64,000 bases of DNA from Candidatus Levybacteria bacterium RIFCSPHIGHO2_02_FULL_40_18. GTDB taxonomy: Bacteria > Patescibacteriota > Microgenomatia > Levybacterales > GWA1-39-11. The position numbers and the translations under genes were made by a program. Of this stretch, positions 63,515 to 64,000 are shown piece by piece. Below the pieces are notes generated by a model. It made no database searches, had not been told where the DNA came from, and saw nothing but the letters and a program-made list of their open reading frames with translations. The DNA is taken from positions 86,799 to 150,798 of the forward strand of contig MFOC01000007.1 in the NCBI GenBank assembly GCA_001782235.1, in the 5' to 3' direction. The stretch's first letter is position 1. Every line of letters starts with the position of its first letter.

Positions 63515-64000
63515 CTAGGCTTTCACAGCCTTAATCACGATGTTGTTTGGCTTCCACCTTCCTCCCCACAACAAAGATATCACCCTTTTTATTCGATAGA
63601 AATTTTTAAATGCAAAAAAACATCTCTTTTCAAGCACTCTGAATCCTGAAAGTTTAAGTTCTGTAAAGACTATCGACTCAGTATATTCTCGTACATGTGA
63701 ACTCGGATTTTCTTTCATAAATTTTAGCCCCTCATTTAAAGGAGTAGATAAAATGAATATACCAGTTGGTTTTAAGAGGCTTCGAATATCTTTATAAAGT
63801 TTAAAAATCTTTCGAGGAGATATGTGTTCAATTAATTCTATTGCAACAACTGCATCGAAATAATTTTTTTTATAATAATTTCTAATTTGTAAAACGTTAC
63901 CTATATTAAATTTGCCCCTGATCCTTTTCTTTAATCGGGCGATCGATCTCTTCGATACGTCTATTCCATAAAGTTCATAATTTTTCCCAAGTTCTTGTAA
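63515..64000 (-). CDS. Class I SAM-dependent methyltransferase, 5'-partial. The frame is open to the window end; the 67-aa ORF in the track is its 3' end.
   Basis: Continuous frame from 64000: ...YGIDVSKRSIARLKKRIRGKFNIGNVLQIR...FDAVVAIELIEHISP (post-I and motif II/III). Confidence 0.6.
   Translation of the reverse strand, partial: LQELGKNYELYGIDVSKRSIARLKKRIRGKFNIGNVLQIRNYYKKNYFDAVVAIELIEHISPRKIFKLYKDIRSLLKPTGIFILSTPLNEGLKFMKENPSSHVREYTESIVFTELKLSGFRVLEKRCFFAFKNFYRIKRVISLLWGGRWKPNNIVIKAVKA

Overview
AT-rich chromosomal segment with sparse or absent Shine-Dalgarno sequences, several non-ATG starts in the ORF track and tRNAs lacking encoded CCA. This looks like a small-genome, Gram-positive-like or Patescibacteria/CPR-type organism, but I cannot confirm that from sequence alone.

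Housekeeping backbone: dnaG (5' partial) and rpoD; a tRNA-binding CsaA-like protein; tRNA-Asn; ruvC-ruvA-ruvB; dnaA and dnaN with a DnaA-box promoter and an AT-rich oriC candidate between them; nrdR and a class II B12-dependent nrdJ; a PduO-type adenosyltransferase; comF; smpB with ssrA (tmRNA); a GT4-GT2 glycosyltransferase; an AI-2E transporter; ilvC; a Crp/Fnr regulator; a tandem tRNA-Ser pair; and an unusual tRNA with a UAU anticodon.

Embedded between dnaN and nrdR (about 20.2-41.3 kb) is a roughly 21-kb type IV secretion or conjugation-like locus. It contains:
- a PrgI-like protein;
- a VirB4 ATPase encoded as two ORFs, split by an AT-rich mirror repeat;
- a bifunctional SLT+M23 cell-wall hydrolase;
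- a VirB6/TrbL-like polytopic membrane protein;
- four paralogous two-TM VirB2/TrbC-like pilin-domain genes, one fused to a large Cys-rich ectodomain and flanked by a perfect 29-bp inverted repeat;
- an AAA+ ATPase fused to an OmpR-type winged-helix regulator, with an internal 7-bp tandem repeat;
- a four-helix-bundle (23S-IVS family) protein;
- two large (about 1000 aa) proteins of unknown function on the opposite strand.
A VirD4/TraG-like coupling ATPase lies about 13 kb away, bracketed by tRNA genes.

Other features:
- a family of long word-repeat palindromic leaders (GAAAATAG/GGAAATTAG words followed by their complements) sits immediately upstream of at least 8 genes;
- a conserved 40-bp promoter-like motif occurs 3 times around a BrnT/BrnA toxin-antitoxin pair;
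- there are CTAG-rich ACTAGTGACTAGT operator-like motifs, a VapBC-like pair, and an HTH-EgtD-like methyltransferase fusion;
- no CRISPR array, rRNA, integrase, relaxase or transposase was seen.
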